This document shows positions 18,410-28,743 of a DNA stretch of 64,000 bases, piece by piece. Position 1 is the first letter of the stretch; each line of letters opens with the position of its first letter. Under the pieces are notes generated by a model. The model was not told the DNA's origin. It did no database searches and saw only the letters and a list, made by a program, of their open reading frames with translations. Source of the stretch: an uncultured Thermoplasmatales archaeon (GTDB taxonomy: Archaea; Thermoplasmatota; E2; UBA202; DSCA01); the NCBI GenBank assembly GCA_964514975.1, contig CAZESS010000008.1, positions 1-64,000 of the forward strand. Direction: 5' to 3'. The position numbers and the translations under genes are program-made.

Positions 18410-20458
18410 TCAGGATATCCCGGGATGACGCCGCGGCGGGTCGAGCACGTCGAGCACCGTCCCGAGGTCGGAGAGCGGCGCCCGGCAGGCATGCCCGGTG
18501 CACACATAAAACATGACCTCGTCGCCCGTGTGCATATCACTGGTGAACGGCGCAACGTCGGCGAGCCCTGAGGATTTGAACAGGATGACGGTATGGGGCA
18601 GATAATGCCGCTTGATATGCCGGATAGCGGACATGGCGTTGTGCCGCCGGGACGCGGTAACGACGACCTCGCGTGGCGTGTCAAAAGCAAACTCCAGCGC
18701 CGAGAGCCACATGGCATGCGCCGCGGGATACCTGGCGGCCGGCGCCGCGAGGAGGTGAAGCTGCTCCGCCCGTTCAGCCCATCGCTGGTCGCCGGTGAGA
18801 TGGCTTAGCCGGAGGAGGTTGTACATGGCAACGGCGTTGGCAGAGGGGGCGGCACCGTCCTCGATGGGCTTGTCCCGTACGAGGAGGTCTGCGCTGCCGT
18901 GCTCCGTGAGATAGAAGCCTCCATGCTCGGTGTCCCAGAACCGGCGATGCATGTCCTCCTGCACCCGGATGGCCCGCCTGAGATGCACCGGGGCAAAGGT
19001 GGCCATGGAGAGCTCGAGGAGCCCCCAGATGACAAAGGCGGCGTCGCTCGCATACCCCTGCTGCATGACGTGGCCGTCGCGGTAGCGGTGCAGGATGCCA
19101 TCGCCGTCGCGGAGATGCTGCCAGATGAAACCGGCGGCATGGTCCGCCGCCTCGATGTAGCGGTCGTCGTCGAGCACCTGACCGGCCCTGGCCAGCGCCG
19201 CTATCATGAGCCCGTTCCAGTCGGCCAGGATTTTGTCGTCCCGCAACGGCCGGTCGCGCTCCTGTCGCTCCCGGCGAAGCTGGTCAAGCATTGCGCTGAG
19301 ACGATGGCGGATGTCCCGGACGGGCATGTCACGCTGCGCTGCCAGCTCTTTTGCCGTGGCACGGCGATGAAGCGTTCCCTCGTCCGACAGGCCGTATGCC
19401 TCCAGGAACAGTGCCGCCTCGTTTCCAAGGACGTGTTCGATATCCTCCCGGCTCCAGCGATAGAAGGCGCCCTCTCCATCGGGCGTGTCGGCATCCTCCG
19501 CCGCGTAGAAGGCGCCCCCGGGATGCTGCATGTCCCGGAGCACGTATGTGAGGATGTCGACGGCAACATTGGCGTAGCGCTGCCGCCCGGTGGCCTGGTA
19601 TGCTTCGAGATGGGCGAGGGTGAGCAGCGCCTGGTCGTACAGCATTTTTTCGTAATGGGGAACGTGCCAGGCTGCATCTGTTGCATAGCGGTGGAAGCCG
19701 CCGCCGACGTGGTCGTACATGCCCCCGTTGTGCATGGCCTGCAGCGTGGCCTCGACCATGTCCAGCGCCTCAGATATGGAGGTGCGACGCCAGTATCGCA
19801 GCAGAAAGAGGATGCGATGGGGCGTGGGAAACTTCGGGGCAGTACCGAAGCCGCCGTGTGTGGCGTCGTATTGCTCGTGGAGCTGCCGGTATCCCTCGTC
19901 AAGCGAGGCGCGGTCGGGGCGTTCATCCGACGGGCGGGACAGGTTTTGCAGCGCGTCGGTGAGCCGGCCAGCCGTGGCAAGCAGTTCGTCGCGGTCGGTG
20001 TTCCAGAGCTCCCTGACACGGGGCACGATTTCCATGAGCCCGGGCTGGCCGTAGCGCGCCTGCTTCGGCAGGTAGGTGGCGGCATAGAACGGCCGCCGGT
20101 CCGGGGTCATCATGATGGTGAGCGGCCAGCCGCCGGTGCCGGTGATGAGCTGCGCCGCTGTCATATACATCCTGTCGACGTCGGGCCGTTCCTCCCGGTC
20201 GACCTTGATGCAAATAAAGGTGTCGTTGAGCAGCTCTGCCACGTCCTCGTCCTCAAAGGACTCCTCGGCCATGACATGGCACCAGTGGCAGGTTGAGTAG
20301 CCGATGGACAAAAAGATGGGTTTGTCTTCCTGCCGGGCACGCTCGAAGGCCTCCTCGCCCCATGGGTACCAGTCCACCGGATTGTAGGCATGCTGCTGCA
20401 GGTAGGGACTCTGCTCGTCGATGAGACCGTTGGCCGTGCTGTTATTCGGGGGGCTCAT
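18410..20458 (-). CDS. Thioredoxin-domain protein YyaL/SPATA20 (DUF255)
   Basis: [32 protein letters not shown]. Confidence 0.93.
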   Translation of the reverse strand: MSPPNNSTANGLIDEQSPYLQQHAYNPVDWYPWGEEAFERARQEDKPIFLSIGYSTCHWCHVMAEESFEDEDVAELLNDTFICIKVDREERPDVDRMYMTAAQLITGTGGWPLTIMMTPDRRPFYAATYLPKQARYGQPGLMEIVPRVRELWNTDRDELLATAGRLTDALQNLSRPSDERPDRASLDEGYRQLHEQYDATHGGFGTAPKFPTPHRILFLLRYWRRTSISEALDMVEATLQAMHNGGMYDHVGGGFHRYATDAAWHVPHYEKMLYDQALLTLAHLEAYQATGRQRYANVAVDILTYVLRDMQHPGGAFYAAEDADTPDGEGAFYRWSREDIEHVLGNEAALFLEAYGLSDEGTLHRRATAKELAAQRDMPVRDIRHRLSAMLDQLRRERQERDRPLRDDKILADWNGLMIAALARAGQVLDDDRYIEAADHAAGFIWQHLRDGDGILHRYRDGHVMQQGYASDAAFVIWGLLELSMATFAPVHLRRAIRVQEDMHRRFWDTEHGGFYLTEHGSADLLVRDKPIEDGAAPSANAVAMYNLLRLSHLTGDQRWAERAEQLHLLAAPAARYPAAHAMWLSALEFAFDTPREVVVTASRRHNAMSAIRHIKRHYLPHTVILFKSSGLADVAPFTSDMHTGDEVMFYVCTGHACRAPLSDLGTVLDVLDPPRRHPGIS

Positions 20459-21002
20459 ACCGGTCGATGGATGCCACGGCGTCGAATGATTTTCGCTCCG
20501 GTCGCTTTTGCTCGACGGCGCGCTGCTTCTCGGAGAGCAGCGGGCTCAGGTCGTCTGCATGCCGCCCGACGATGACCAGGGTGATGACCTGGTATCCCTC
20601 GGGGATGCCCAGGATGTCGCTGACCTTGGAGGGGCTGTAGCCGGCGATGGGATGCGCGACCAGCCCGAGCTCCGTAGCGCGAAGGATGAGAAATCCTGTC
20701 GCGAGGCCGGTGTCGAAGCGATGGTAGATGCGGTCGTGGATGACGCAGTCGTCGTCCTTCCGGCAGTACACGGCTATTATCATCGACGCCCGCGTCGCCC
20801 ATTTGTTGCCGTCGGTGAGCGCCTCATACATTTTTTCCAGCATGTCGTCGTCGTGCACGAAAACGTAGCGCCAGGGCTGGTTGTTGAAGCAGGAGGGCGC
20901 CAGACGGGCGCATTCCGCCAGGTCCTCTATAAGCTCCCGGGTTATCTCAGCGGGGGCCAGCGAGCGGTAGGCACGCCGCTGTTCGATGACGTCGCGTACC
21001 AT
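20442..21002 (-). CDS. Nitroreductase family protein
   Basis: [15 protein letters not shown]. Confidence 0.9.
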   Translation of the reverse strand: MVRDVIEQRRAYRSLAPAEITRELIEDLAECARLAPSCFNNQPWRYVFVHDDDMLEKMYEALTDGNKWATRASMIIAVYCRKDDDCVIHDRIYHRFDTGLATGFLILRATELGLVAHPIAGYSPSKVSDILGIPEGYQVITLVIVGRHADDLSPLLSEKQRAVEQKRPERKSFDAVASIDRYEPPE

Positions 21003-21004
21003 CG

Positions 21005-21520
21005 CTATGCCTCGAAGGCGGTGAAACGTTCTCCCTTCACGCCGCATATCGGGCAGCAGTCGGGGACCTCGCCGACGACGGTGTGGCCACAGACGGGGCA
21101 GATGTAGACGGCGTCGAGGTTAAGGTCGTCGCCCGCGGATGCGGCTTCCCGCGCCTGCTTGTACAGCTCGGCGTGGATTTTTTCTGCCTCCAGTGCGTAA
21201 TGCGTCGCGCGCTCGGCCTGCTCCTCATCCTGCATCTCGGCGGTCTGCTTGTACACGGGGTACATTTCTGTTATCTCGAAGGTTTCGCCTTCGATGGCTG
21301 TGGCGAGGTTGTCCTTGGTGTCGCCGATGTTGCCGAGCGCCTTGAGATGGTTGCGGGCGTGGACGAGCTCCGCATACGCTATGGAGCGGAGCAGCCGGGC
21401 GATGTTGGGCATGCCCTGCTTTGCGGCGATGTCGGCGAAGAGCCGGTATTTCATGTGGGCCTGGCTTTCGCCGGCGAACGCGTCCTCCAGAAACCGGGTG
21501 GTCATGGTGTGTTCGGTCAT
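21005..21520 (-). CDS. rbr: Rubrerythrin
   Basis: AFAGESQA, ExxH pairs, CPVCG...CPICG rubredoxin tail. Confidence 0.93.
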   Translation of the reverse strand: MTEHTMTTRFLEDAFAGESQAHMKYRLFADIAAKQGMPNIARLLRSIAYAELVHARNHLKALGNIGDTKDNLATAIEGETFEITEMYPVYKQTAEMQDEEQAERATHYALEAEKIHAELYKQAREAASAGDDLNLDAVYICPVCGHTVVGEVPDCCPICGVKGERFTAFEA

Positions 21521-21554
21521 GGTATCGTGGTGAACGAGACCCCACATAAAAATG

Positions 21555-21568
21555 TTTTCAATTGTTAA
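21555..21568. promoter_or_regulatory. Candidate palindromic operator upstream of rbr
   Basis: TTTTCAATTGTTAA, 12/14 match to TTAACAATTGTTAA, next to a TATA-like element at 21545-21552. Confidence 0.55.
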
Positions 21569-22397
21569 CGTTCCGGGGGATTGACAGCCGGTCATCATCA
21601 AGCACGACCATGTGCTCCCGGCGGAGCCGGTCGATGATGTCGAGAACCCGGGATTTCTCCCCATCAATCGCGTCAACGAGCGTCCGTGGCTCCATGGGGC
21701 CATCAAGCAGCAGCCGAATGATAGCGCCGCGTATCTGCCGGTCTGAGTCCACAAACCTGCTCTGCCGGGTGTAGCTCGTGCTCTTCCGCCCCGGGTTGTC
21801 GTGCCGCTGCTTGAGCATGGCGCCGTAATCCATCAGCGCGCTGTACCACCGCCCCGGATTGTCCCTGTCCAGTGTCGTCTCGACCAGCGGCCGGATGTCT
21901 CCGTCGGCAACCGCATCCCGGCCGGGAAAGAAAAAATGGATATAGACGGTCCGGACGTTGGTGTCCATGACGATGGCCGGCAGGTTGAAGGCGAAGGCCC
22001 GCACCGCGGCAGCCGTATACGGGCCGATGCCGGGCAGGGAGCGCAGCGCCGCCTCGTCGCTGGGGACCACTCCACCATATCGTTCGACGATGTCCATGGC
22101 GGCCTGCCGGAGATGCATGGCCCGGCGGTTGTAGCCCAGCCCCTGCCATGCCTCGAGCACGTCCTGTAAAGAGGCGGAGGCGAGCGTCTGCACGTCGGGA
22201 AACCGTTCGATGAAACGGTGATATTTTGGGACGGCCCGGGATGTCTGCGTCTGCTGCAGCATGACCTCGGAAACCAGGATGCGGTAGGGATCGGTGGTAT
22301 CCCGCCAGGGAAAACTGCGGCCATGCCGCTCGTAATAACGGTAGATGACACCACGGAAGGCTTCGACGTCCCGCTCGGACAGCTCGACGGCGCTCAT
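21558..22397 (-). CDS. mutY: A/G-specific adenine glycosylase MutY (short, cysteine-free)
   Basis: PWR, SEVMLQQT, WQGLGY, HhH LPGIGPYTA, DTNV. Confidence 0.88.
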   Translation of the reverse strand: MSAVELSERDVEAFRGVIYRYYERHGRSFPWRDTTDPYRILVSEVMLQQTQTSRAVPKYHRFIERFPDVQTLASASLQDVLEAWQGLGYNRRAMHLRQAAMDIVERYGGVVPSDEAALRSLPGIGPYTAAAVRAFAFNLPAIVMDTNVRTVYIHFFFPGRDAVADGDIRPLVETTLDRDNPGRWYSALMDYGAMLKQRHDNPGRKSTSYTRQSRFVDSDRQIRGAIIRLLLDGPMEPRTLVDAIDGEKSRVLDIIDRLRREHMVVLDDDRLSIPRNVNN

Positions 22398-22399
22398 AC

Positions 22400-23320
22400 T
22401 CAGCTGAGCAGGCCCTCGATGATGCGCTCGGTGGCCTCGTCCTCGTTGAGCCCGCGTGCCATCAGGGTCTGCAGCTGCTTGGTGTCGACGCTGCCGATTG
22501 CCGCCTCATGGGTCACATGTGCCAGGGGATGGTTGACCTCGACGATAGGGATCGCGGTCGCGGTGCCGTTGTCCTTGATGATTTCCTTGCAGTCGACGTG
22601 GCCCCGTGCGTATGGAGCGGTGGCACGGAGCTTGTTGTAGACCTCCGCCGTGGCATTGTCGCGCACCGCAACCCTGGAGTTCAACACCCCGCGGGCGCCC
22701 TCGCCGACCAGGTCGCCGCGCTCGTTTATCTTGATTTCGTCGTCGTCACGCCCGCTGACCTTGCTCATCATCTCGAGGGTGCTGTGCTCGCGCCCAATGA
22801 TGCCATAATCGATGTCGAGGACGCCGACCCGGCCCTGTATGAGCTCGAAGACGGTGGCAAAGCGGGCATGAGGCTCGAGCTCGACCTCCGCCGACGGGTA
22901 CACGGCGATGCCGCCCTCCCGGCTGTGAATGTGCTTTTCGTCGTAGCGGTAGGAGGCATGCTCACCGATGTGGATGCGCGCATCCATGCGATGTTCGACG
23001 TCGACCGCACAGGGGAAGATGCAGTGGGAGAGCACGGACATGGCGGCGTTGGGCTCCAGCCTGATGTCCATGTCGATGTGCTGCACCGCCTGCTCTTTGG
23101 TGACGCCGAAGCACAGGTGGACCCGGCGGTCTATCTGCACGTCCTCTTCGACCACGATGTCCACTGCCACGCCGTCATCGAGCTCCTCCGTTTCAACCTG
23201 CAGCCCCGGGACGAGCCGTTTGCTGGCCACGTCGTTGAGGTCGATGGCGAGATGTGCCGTCTGCTCGTCCTGCAGCGCCTGGTCGACGCGAGCCATCTGT
23301 AAAAGGTCATTCATCTCCAT
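22400..23320 (-). CDS. SufBD-family Fe-S scaffold (SmsB-like)
   Basis: ARGHVDCKEI, VTHEAAIG, LMARGL. Confidence 0.9.
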   Translation of the reverse strand: MEMNDLLQMARVDQALQDEQTAHLAIDLNDVASKRLVPGLQVETEELDDGVAVDIVVEEDVQIDRRVHLCFGVTKEQAVQHIDMDIRLEPNAAMSVLSHCIFPCAVDVEHRMDARIHIGEHASYRYDEKHIHSREGGIAVYPSAEVELEPHARFATVFELIQGRVGVLDIDYGIIGREHSTLEMMSKVSGRDDDEIKINERGDLVGEGARGVLNSRVAVRDNATAEVYNKLRATAPYARGHVDCKEIIKDNGTATAIPIVEVNHPLAHVTHEAAIGSVDTKQLQTLMARGLNEDEATERIIEGLLS

Positions 23321-24050
23321 CGTCGCCTCCTCCGTCGGGAACGTTTTTGTGGCCGCAGGGGATGCACTCCTGCTCGAAATAGGGCAGGATTTTTTTCATG
23401 GGTCCCTTGTCGACGAGCGCGCCGCCGCAGAGCAAAAAGGCATGCTCGGCCTGCTGCATCACCGTCATACTGTGGGTTATGAGAACAACCGTCGCACCGT
23501 AGCCACGGAGCAGGTCGATGCCCTCGAATATTTTTTCGAGCGAGGCGACATCGATGCCGCTGTCAGGCTCGTCGAGCATGACAAACCGGGGGCGCATCGC
23601 CAGGATGGAGGCCAGCTCAAGTTTTTTGCGCTCCCCGCCGCTCAGGGTGTCGTCAACCGCCCGCTGCATGTAGTCCTCCGGCGGCAGACCGACCTGTTCG
23701 AGCGCGCTGGCGATGGCCTCGCTGTCAGCCTCGGTGGCGCCGGCGCGGATGAACGACTGGACGCTGAGCCCCTCGTAGCGGGCGGGTTCCTGCCATGCCA
23801 GCGTGATGCCCCGCCGGGCGCGCTCGTCCACGTCGAGCGAGGTAATGGACTCGTCCCGGTAGCGGATGTCGCCGTCGATGTCCCGATAGCCCTCCAATCC
23901 CATGATGGTGAACGCCAGCGTTGACTTGCCGGCGCCGTTGGGTCCGACGATGGCGTGGACGTGTCCCTCCCAGAAGTCTATGGAGAGGCTGTCGAGAATT
24001 TTTTTGTCCTCTATGGCGAGGGTTACATTGTCTATTTCAAGGATGCCCAT
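23307..24050 (-). CDS. sufC: SufC-like ABC ATPase (SmsC-like)
   Basis: GPNGAGKS, LSGGE, LDEPDSGID, C-terminal CIPC. Confidence 0.88.
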   Translation of the reverse strand: MGILEIDNVTLAIEDKKILDSLSIDFWEGHVHAIVGPNGAGKSTLAFTIMGLEGYRDIDGDIRYRDESITSLDVDERARRGITLAWQEPARYEGLSVQSFIRAGATEADSEAIASALEQVGLPPEDYMQRAVDDTLSGGERKKLELASILAMRPRFVMLDEPDSGIDVASLEKIFEGIDLLRGYGATVVLITHSMTVMQQAEHAFLLCGGALVDKGPMKKILPYFEQECIPCGHKNVPDGGGDDGDE

Positions 24051-26012
24051 CTGGTTCCTCCTCCGGCATGCTCAGCAACCGGGCGTTTATCGCCACGATG
24101 ATGGTGCTCAGCGACATCAGGATGGCGCCGGCCGCGGGCGAGATGACGATGCCCTGATTGTACAGCACGCCGGCCGCAAGGGGTATGGCTACCACGTTAT
24201 ACCCGGTTGCCCATAAAAGATTTTGGACCATTTTTCCATAGGTGGCCTCGCCGAACAAAATGAGCGAGGCGACGTCCATCGGGTCGCTGTTCACCAAGAT
24301 GATGTCCGCTGTCTCAGCCGCGACATCGGTCCCGGAGCCAATGGCGATGCCCACGTCGGCCTGCGCCAGCGCCGGCGCGTCGTTGATGCCGTCGCCGGTC
24401 ATGGCCACCACCTCGCCGTTTTCCTGCAACTCCCTGATTTTTTCCTGTTTTTCATCGGGGAGCACCTCGGCGAAGTAGCCGTCAAGGTCAAGCTCGTCGG
24501 CTACGGCGGCGGCCGTGCTCTCGGTGTCGCCGGTGAGCATCCAGCATTCGATGCCCGCTTCCTTGAGGCGCTGGATCGCCTCCTGTGCCTGTGGGCGCAG
24601 GGCGTCCGACAGCTCGATGATGCCTGCCAGGGTCTCGTCGACCATGAGGTATACCACCGTTGCGGCGCCGCTTTCTGCATCGCCCCGCCGTTCGATGCCC
24701 TGCTTGTCGAGGAAGCCGGGGCTGACGATTTTGACCGCATGACCGTCGACCTCGCCCTCGATGCCCTGCCCCTTTATAGCCTGGAAATCGGTGGCTTCGG
24801 AGAGCTCCAGGCTACGTTGCTCCGCCGCGTTGATGACGGCGTTGGCGATGGGATGCTCACTCCGGCGTTCCAGCGATGCAGCGATACGGAGCAGCTCTGC
24901 CTCATCGAAATCGTCGGCGAGCGGCTGCACCGCGGTGACGGCGAAGCTGCCCTCGATGAGCGTCCCGGTTTTGTCGAACACCACCAATGTTATCTTCCGC
25001 GCGTTCTCAAACGCCGTCCGGTTCCTGATAAGCAGGCCGTTCCGCGCCGACAGCGTCGTTGAAACAGCGACGACCAGCGGGATGGCGAGGCCGAGCGCGT
25101 GTGGGCAGGTGATAACCATGACGGTGGCCATCCGCTCGATGGAAAACACAAATGATTTCCCGAAAAGCAGCCACGCTGCCAGGGTGACAAAGCCGGCGGT
25201 GAGCGCGATGATGGTAAGCCAGAACACCGCACGGTCGGCAAGCCGCTGCGTCGATGACTGCGAGGCCTGCGCCTGCTCAACGAGGTCGATGACCTTGGAA
25301 AGATATGCATCATCGCCGGTGTGCTCCACCTCGATTTCAAGTGAGCCGTCGCCGTTGACGGCACCGCCGATGACCTTGCTACCCTGTTGCTTGTGCACGG
25401 TGTTGACTCCCCGGTGAGCATGGCCTCGTTGACATAGCTGTCGCCCTCGACAACGATGCCATCGGCAGGTATTTTTTCGCCGGGTTTGACCAGCAGATGG
25501 TCGCCCTCCTCAAGTTCCTGCACCGGTACCTCCTCCAGGCTGCCATCCACGTAGCGATGGGCCGTGTCGGGCATGAGCTGCGCCAGCTTTTCAAGGGCAC
25601 GGGAGGCGCTCATCACCGAGCGCATCTCGACCCAGTGGCCGAGGAGCATGACGTCGATGAGCGTCGCGAGCTCCCAGAAAAAATATTTCCCGGGCAATCC
25701 AAAGACGACGGCGGTGCTGTAAAAATAGGCGACCGAGATGGCCACGGCGATGAGCGTCATCATGCCCGGCTGGCGCCGGGAGAGCTCCCTGTAGAGGCCT
25801 TTGAGGAAGGGCCAGCCGCCGTAAACATAGATGAACGACGAGACGGCGAACAGCGCAATGGTGCTTCCCGGGAACGTTATGGAGAAGCCCAGCCAGCCCT
25901 GGATGGTCGGCGAGAGCAGCAGCACGGGCACCGTCGCCGCCAGTGATATCAGGAAGCGCCGCCGGAAGTCCTGCAGCATGTAGCGATGATGGTCGCGTCC
26001 GTTCGGCGGCAT
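24037..26012 (-). pseudogene. copB: CopB-type (P1B, CPH) copper-translocating P-type ATPase split by a 1-nt frameshift near 25400 (pseudogene or sequencing error)
   Basis: N-terminal half (YGGWPF, PGMMTL, TGES) and C-terminal half (CPHALG, DKTG, GDGINDAP) lie in different frames; the junction TCA ACA CC GTG CAC lacks one base. Confidence 0.85.
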
Positions 26013-26014
26013 CG

Positions 26015-26209
26015 TTATACTGCTGTGCCTCCCCATGAGATGGCGTCCACTGGACAGGTCTCTATGGCCCGCTGGCAGTCGCAGGACGCGCAGGCCCGGG
26101 CATTTTTCACCCGTGAGATCTCGTCGACGAGCTCGAATACGCCGGGGCAAAGGTGCGCGCAGACGCCGCATCCGATGCAGGCATCGCTGTCAACGACGGG
26201 ATGTTTCAC
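26015..26209 (-). CDS. Ferredoxin
   Basis: [12 protein letters not shown]...CPVDAI. Confidence 0.9.
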   Translation of the reverse strand: MKHPVVDSDACIGCGVCAHLCPGVFELVDEISRVKNARACASCDCQRAIETCPVDAISWGGTAV

Positions 26210-27846
26210 GTGTCTTCACCCGGGGATAGCAGCTGTGGCATGTCGTCTTCCACCGTGCTGTTGGGCTGGAGGCCGAACTGTTCGACCAGCACGTCGAGCA
26301 CGCCGGGAGACACGAAGGCGGGCAGCCGCGGGCCCAGCATGATGTCTTGTATGCCGAGGGAGAGCAGCGCCAGTAATACGGCGACGGCTTTCTGCTCATA
26401 CCAGGCAATGTTAAAGGCGATGGGCAGCTCGTTGACGTCGTCCAGGTCGAAGGCCTCCGCGAGCTTCCGGGCGACGACCGCGAGGGAGTAGGAGTCATTG
26501 CACTGGCCGGCGTCCAGCACGCGGGGGATGCCGTCGATGTCGCCCAGGTCGAGCTTGTTGTACCGGTATTTCGCGCAGCCCGCGGTCAGTATCACCGCGT
26601 CGTCGGGCAATGCCTCGGCAAACCTGGTATAGTAGTCCCGGTCGGCATGCCGTCCGTCGCATCCGGCCATGACCACGAAGGAGCCGATTTTTCCGGCTTT
26701 GACGGCCTCAACAATCCGGTCGGCCATGCCGGTGACGGCGTCGTGCGCGAAGCCAACGGTGATGCCCCCGTCTTCCAGCTGCTCGGGAGGCGGGCAGCGC
26801 CGTGCGTGCTCGATGATAGCGGAGAAGTCCTTGCTGCCGTCATCCCGGTCGGGGATGTGCTCCATGCCCGGGTAGCCGACGACGCCGGTGGTGTACACCC
26901 TGTCCCTGTAGGAGTCACTGGGCGGCACCAGGCAGTTGGTCGTCATCAGTACCGGCCCGTTGAACGATTCAAATTCTTCTTTTTGCTTCCACCATGAGTT
27001 GCCGTAGTTGCCCGCAAAATGCTCGTACTGTTTGAACGCCGGGTAAGCATTGGCGGGCAGCATCTCACCGTGGGTGTACACGTCGACGGCCGTGCCCTCT
27101 GTCTGTTGCAGCAGGTCTTCCATGTCCCGGAGGTCGTGGCCGCTGACCAGGATGCCTGGGTTGTCCCGTGTGCCAAGGGCAACGACGGTGGGCTCGGGGC
27201 TTCCGTAGGCCTCGGTGTTCGCCCGGTCGAGCAGCGCCATCGTCCGGACGGCCATGTCGCCGGTCTGCAGCGTCAGGTCGACGAGCTCGTCAACCGACCT
27301 GTCCCGGAGGGTGGTGGCCAGCGCCCGCTGCATGAAGGCGGGGATGCCTGCATCCTCGTATCCGAGGACCGAGGCGTGGTGGTAGTAGGCGGCGATACCT
27401 TTTACGCCGTAGGTGATGAGCTCCCGGAGCGACCTGACGTCCTCGTTGCTGGTGGTGAGCACGCCGACCTGCCGGGCTTTCCGCTGTATGTCGTCGTCGC
27501 TGTCCGGCGTCCAGGTGACGGCGTCATGCTCTCTCTGGATGTCATGTTTTTCTTTCAGCTCGTCCCGGATTTCGAGTGCCTCCCGTATCTTTTCCAGGAA
27601 GTAGTCGCGGTCGAAGTTGGCGTTGGTGATGGTGGAGAAAAGTCCTGCGGCGATGAACGCGTCGATCCCGTCGTTTCGATGTGCTCCGCCGTCGGTTGCC
27701 AGCGATATCCCCTTCATGAGGTAGATGAGCAGGTCCTGCAGGTTTGCCACCTCGGCCGGTTTGCCGCACATGCCCTTGATGGTGCATCCTTCGCCGCGGG
27801 CGGTTTCCTCGCACTGGAAGCAGAACATGTCGGGTGTTTCTGTCAT
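26206..27846 (-). CDS. hcp: Hybrid cluster protein (hydroxylamine reductase)
   Basis: [10 protein letters not shown]2CX8CX5C, SGHDL, THGEMLP, GCDG, GQCNDSY, WYEQKA. Confidence 0.96.
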   Translation of the reverse strand: MTETPDMFCFQCEETARGEGCTIKGMCGKPAEVANLQDLLIYLMKGISLATDGGAHRNDGIDAFIAAGLFSTITNANFDRDYFLEKIREALEIRDELKEKHDIQREHDAVTWTPDSDDDIQRKARQVGVLTTSNEDVRSLRELITYGVKGIAAYYHHASVLGYEDAGIPAFMQRALATTLRDRSVDELVDLTLQTGDMAVRTMALLDRANTEAYGSPEPTVVALGTRDNPGILVSGHDLRDMEDLLQQTEGTAVDVYTHGEMLPANAYPAFKQYEHFAGNYGNSWWKQKEEFESFNGPVLMTTNCLVPPSDSYRDRVYTTGVVGYPGMEHIPDRDDGSKDFSAIIEHARRCPPPEQLEDGGITVGFAHDAVTGMADRIVEAVKAGKIGSFVVMAGCDGRHADRDYYTRFAEALPDDAVILTAGCAKYRYNKLDLGDIDGIPRVLDAGQCNDSYSLAVVARKLAEAFDLDDVNELPIAFNIAWYEQKAVAVLLALLSLGIQDIMLGPRLPAFVSPGVLDVLVEQFGLQPNSTVEDDMPQLLSPGEDT

Positions 27847-27884
27847 TGTTTCACGTTTTCATATGCCGCCGGGCTATAAAAAAA

Positions 27885-27898
27885 TTATCAATTGTTAA
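27885..27898. promoter_or_regulatory. Candidate palindromic operator upstream of hcp
   Basis: TTATCAATTGTTAA, 13/14 match to the consensus, next to a TATA-like element at 27875-27882. Confidence 0.6.
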
Positions 27899-27909
27899 TT
27901 CTTGCCTGT

Positions 27910-28743
27910 TCATGGCTGCAGCTTCCTGACACGCCCGAGACGCTCCTCCCGCAACGGGGCATCCACCACGGGATTGAAATCATCGAGCAATCGCTCGTGA
28001 TACGGCGTAGCCGTCCTATGATAGATAACACCGATGGCCAATCTTTCCGGCTGCATGGCAATCTCCCGGGCCCCTTCCATGTCCGGCGTGGCATCGAGCA
28101 TCTCGACCCGTTCGTTGTACTCCTCGTAGGTGTCATGAAACGTCACGCAGGGCTGCAGCACGTCGACAAAGGAAAAACCCTCGTGCTGGACCGCCCGGGC
28201 AACGAGGTCGGCCAGATGGTCGAGCCTGCCGGGATATCCCCGGGCCACAAAGGTAGCGCCGGCGTCCAGCATCAGCAGCAGCGGATTGAACGGCTCCTCC
28301 ACGTTGCCATGCGGCGATGAACGCGTCTTCATACCCCGCTCGGTCGTCGGGGTAAACTGGCCCGTCGTCAGGCCGTAGACACCGTTGTCATGCACCAGCA
28401 CCGTAACGTCCATGTTGCGCTTCGCCGCAAACAGCAGATGTGTCAACCCCTCGCCGTAGGCGTCGCCATCTCCGACAAAGGCCAGGGGATGCAGCCGGGG
28501 GTTCGCCATCTTCATACCCGACACGGTGGCGATGGCCCGGCCGTGCAATGAATACACACCCGACAGATCGAGATAGTCAAAAATCTTGCCATGGCAGCCG
28601 ATACCCGACGACATCACCAGGGTATCGAGATCAAACCCCGACTCGTCGAGCAATCCAGCGGCTTTTTTCACCGCCCGCAGGATGCCGAAGTTGCCGCATC
28701 CGGGGCACCAGGTGTTCTCAGCATCGGTGCCAAGCTCCCTCAT
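27910..28743 (-). CDS. korB: 2-oxoacid:ferredoxin oxidoreductase beta subunit (KorB-type)
   Basis: WCPGCG, GIGC, HGR, GDGD, YGLTTGQ, QPCVTF. Confidence 0.88.
   Translation of the reverse strand: MRELGTDAENTWCPGCGNFGILRAVKKAAGLLDESGFDLDTLVMSSGIGCHGKIFDYLDLSGVYSLHGRAIATVSGMKMANPRLHPLAFVGDGDAYGEGLTHLLFAAKRNMDVTVLVHDNGVYGLTTGQFTPTTERGMKTRSSPHGNVEEPFNPLLLMLDAGATFVARGYPGRLDHLADLVARAVQHEGFSFVDVLQPCVTFHDTYEEYNERVEMLDATPDMEGAREIAMQPERLAIGVIYHRTATPYHERLLDDFNPVVDAPLREERLGRVRKLQP

Noticed and set aside
25390-25412. Programmed frameshift or Sec/Pyl recoding at the broken genes
   Set aside because: No slippery sequence at the junction, and no in-frame TGA/TAG inside conserved domains was noticed
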